Shown: positions 34,143 to 34,268 of the stretch, in pieces
How positions within the stretch are numbered: position 1 is the first letter of the stretch
Layout: every line of letters begins with the position of its first letter
Virus record (IMG/VR): IMGVR_UViG_3300029286_000145
Coordinates: 1-34,268 of that record
DNA from: a virus
Taxonomy: Duplodnaviria; Caudoviricetes
Length of the DNA stretch: 34,268 nucleotides
Strand: one strand, 5' to 3'
The notes under the pieces: model-generated
Databases searched by the model: none
Told to the model about the DNA's origin: nothing
Seen by the model: only the letters and a program-made list of their open reading frames with translations
Program-made: the position numbers and the translations under genes

Positions 34143-34268
34143 ATGAACTACCACTACACTAAAGATGTAGTGGTTTCTGGGTCTTTTAACCCGTCTTTTT
34201 TAACGTTTCACAGACAAGATGCTTCTTAGGTTTCATCGAAATGAAACGGTCGTCCACAGAGCCGGCCT
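34143..34268 (-). mobile_element. Right end / omegaRNA of an IS200/IS605-family (TnpB) element continuing beyond the window
   Basis: Minus strand reads GGACGAC...CCTAAGAAGC...GTGAAAC...ACCACTACA-TCTTTAG-TGTAGTGGT-AGTTCA, a typical subterminal hairpin and TTCA end. Confidence 0.8.

Noticed and set aside
1-34268. Stop-codon reassignment, as in some large phages
   Set aside because: Recognisable genes are full length in the standard code and coding density is high; the two split genes are explained by insertions.

Overview
AT-rich, densely coding window that reads as part of a large T4-like (jumbo/huge) dsDNA phage genome in the standard genetic code. Phage markers are a gp32-type ssDNA-binding protein, a gp47/Mre11-like protein and a large terminase. 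A Bacteroidota host is inferred from the cold-shock protein, PstS, porin and A-rich, SD-poor start regions. Highlights: (1) a Ro60/TROVE gene preceded by three tandem structured ncRNAs that share a closing scaffold (TAGYAA...GNGTTACTTCG) but carry different inserts, one with a tRNA T-arm, i.e. a candidate phage Ro/Y-RNA system; (2) many ADP-ribosyltransferase-like proteins tagged with a recurring MIT(K/S/N)FKIFE peptide resembling the T4 capsid-targeting sequence, with near-identical DNA at their 5' ends; (3) a terminase fractured by an atypically split intein plus a free-standing endonuclease; (4) a nucleotidyltransferase broken by a GIY-YIG endonuclease fused in frame to its C-terminal half, with no visible intron or intein; (5) a phosphate porin and PstS behind a Pho-box-like repeat; (6) a gp47/Mre11 paralog with all metal ligands substituted; (7) TnpB element ends at both window edges. 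All product calls come from reading motifs by eye; no database searches or folding programs were run.
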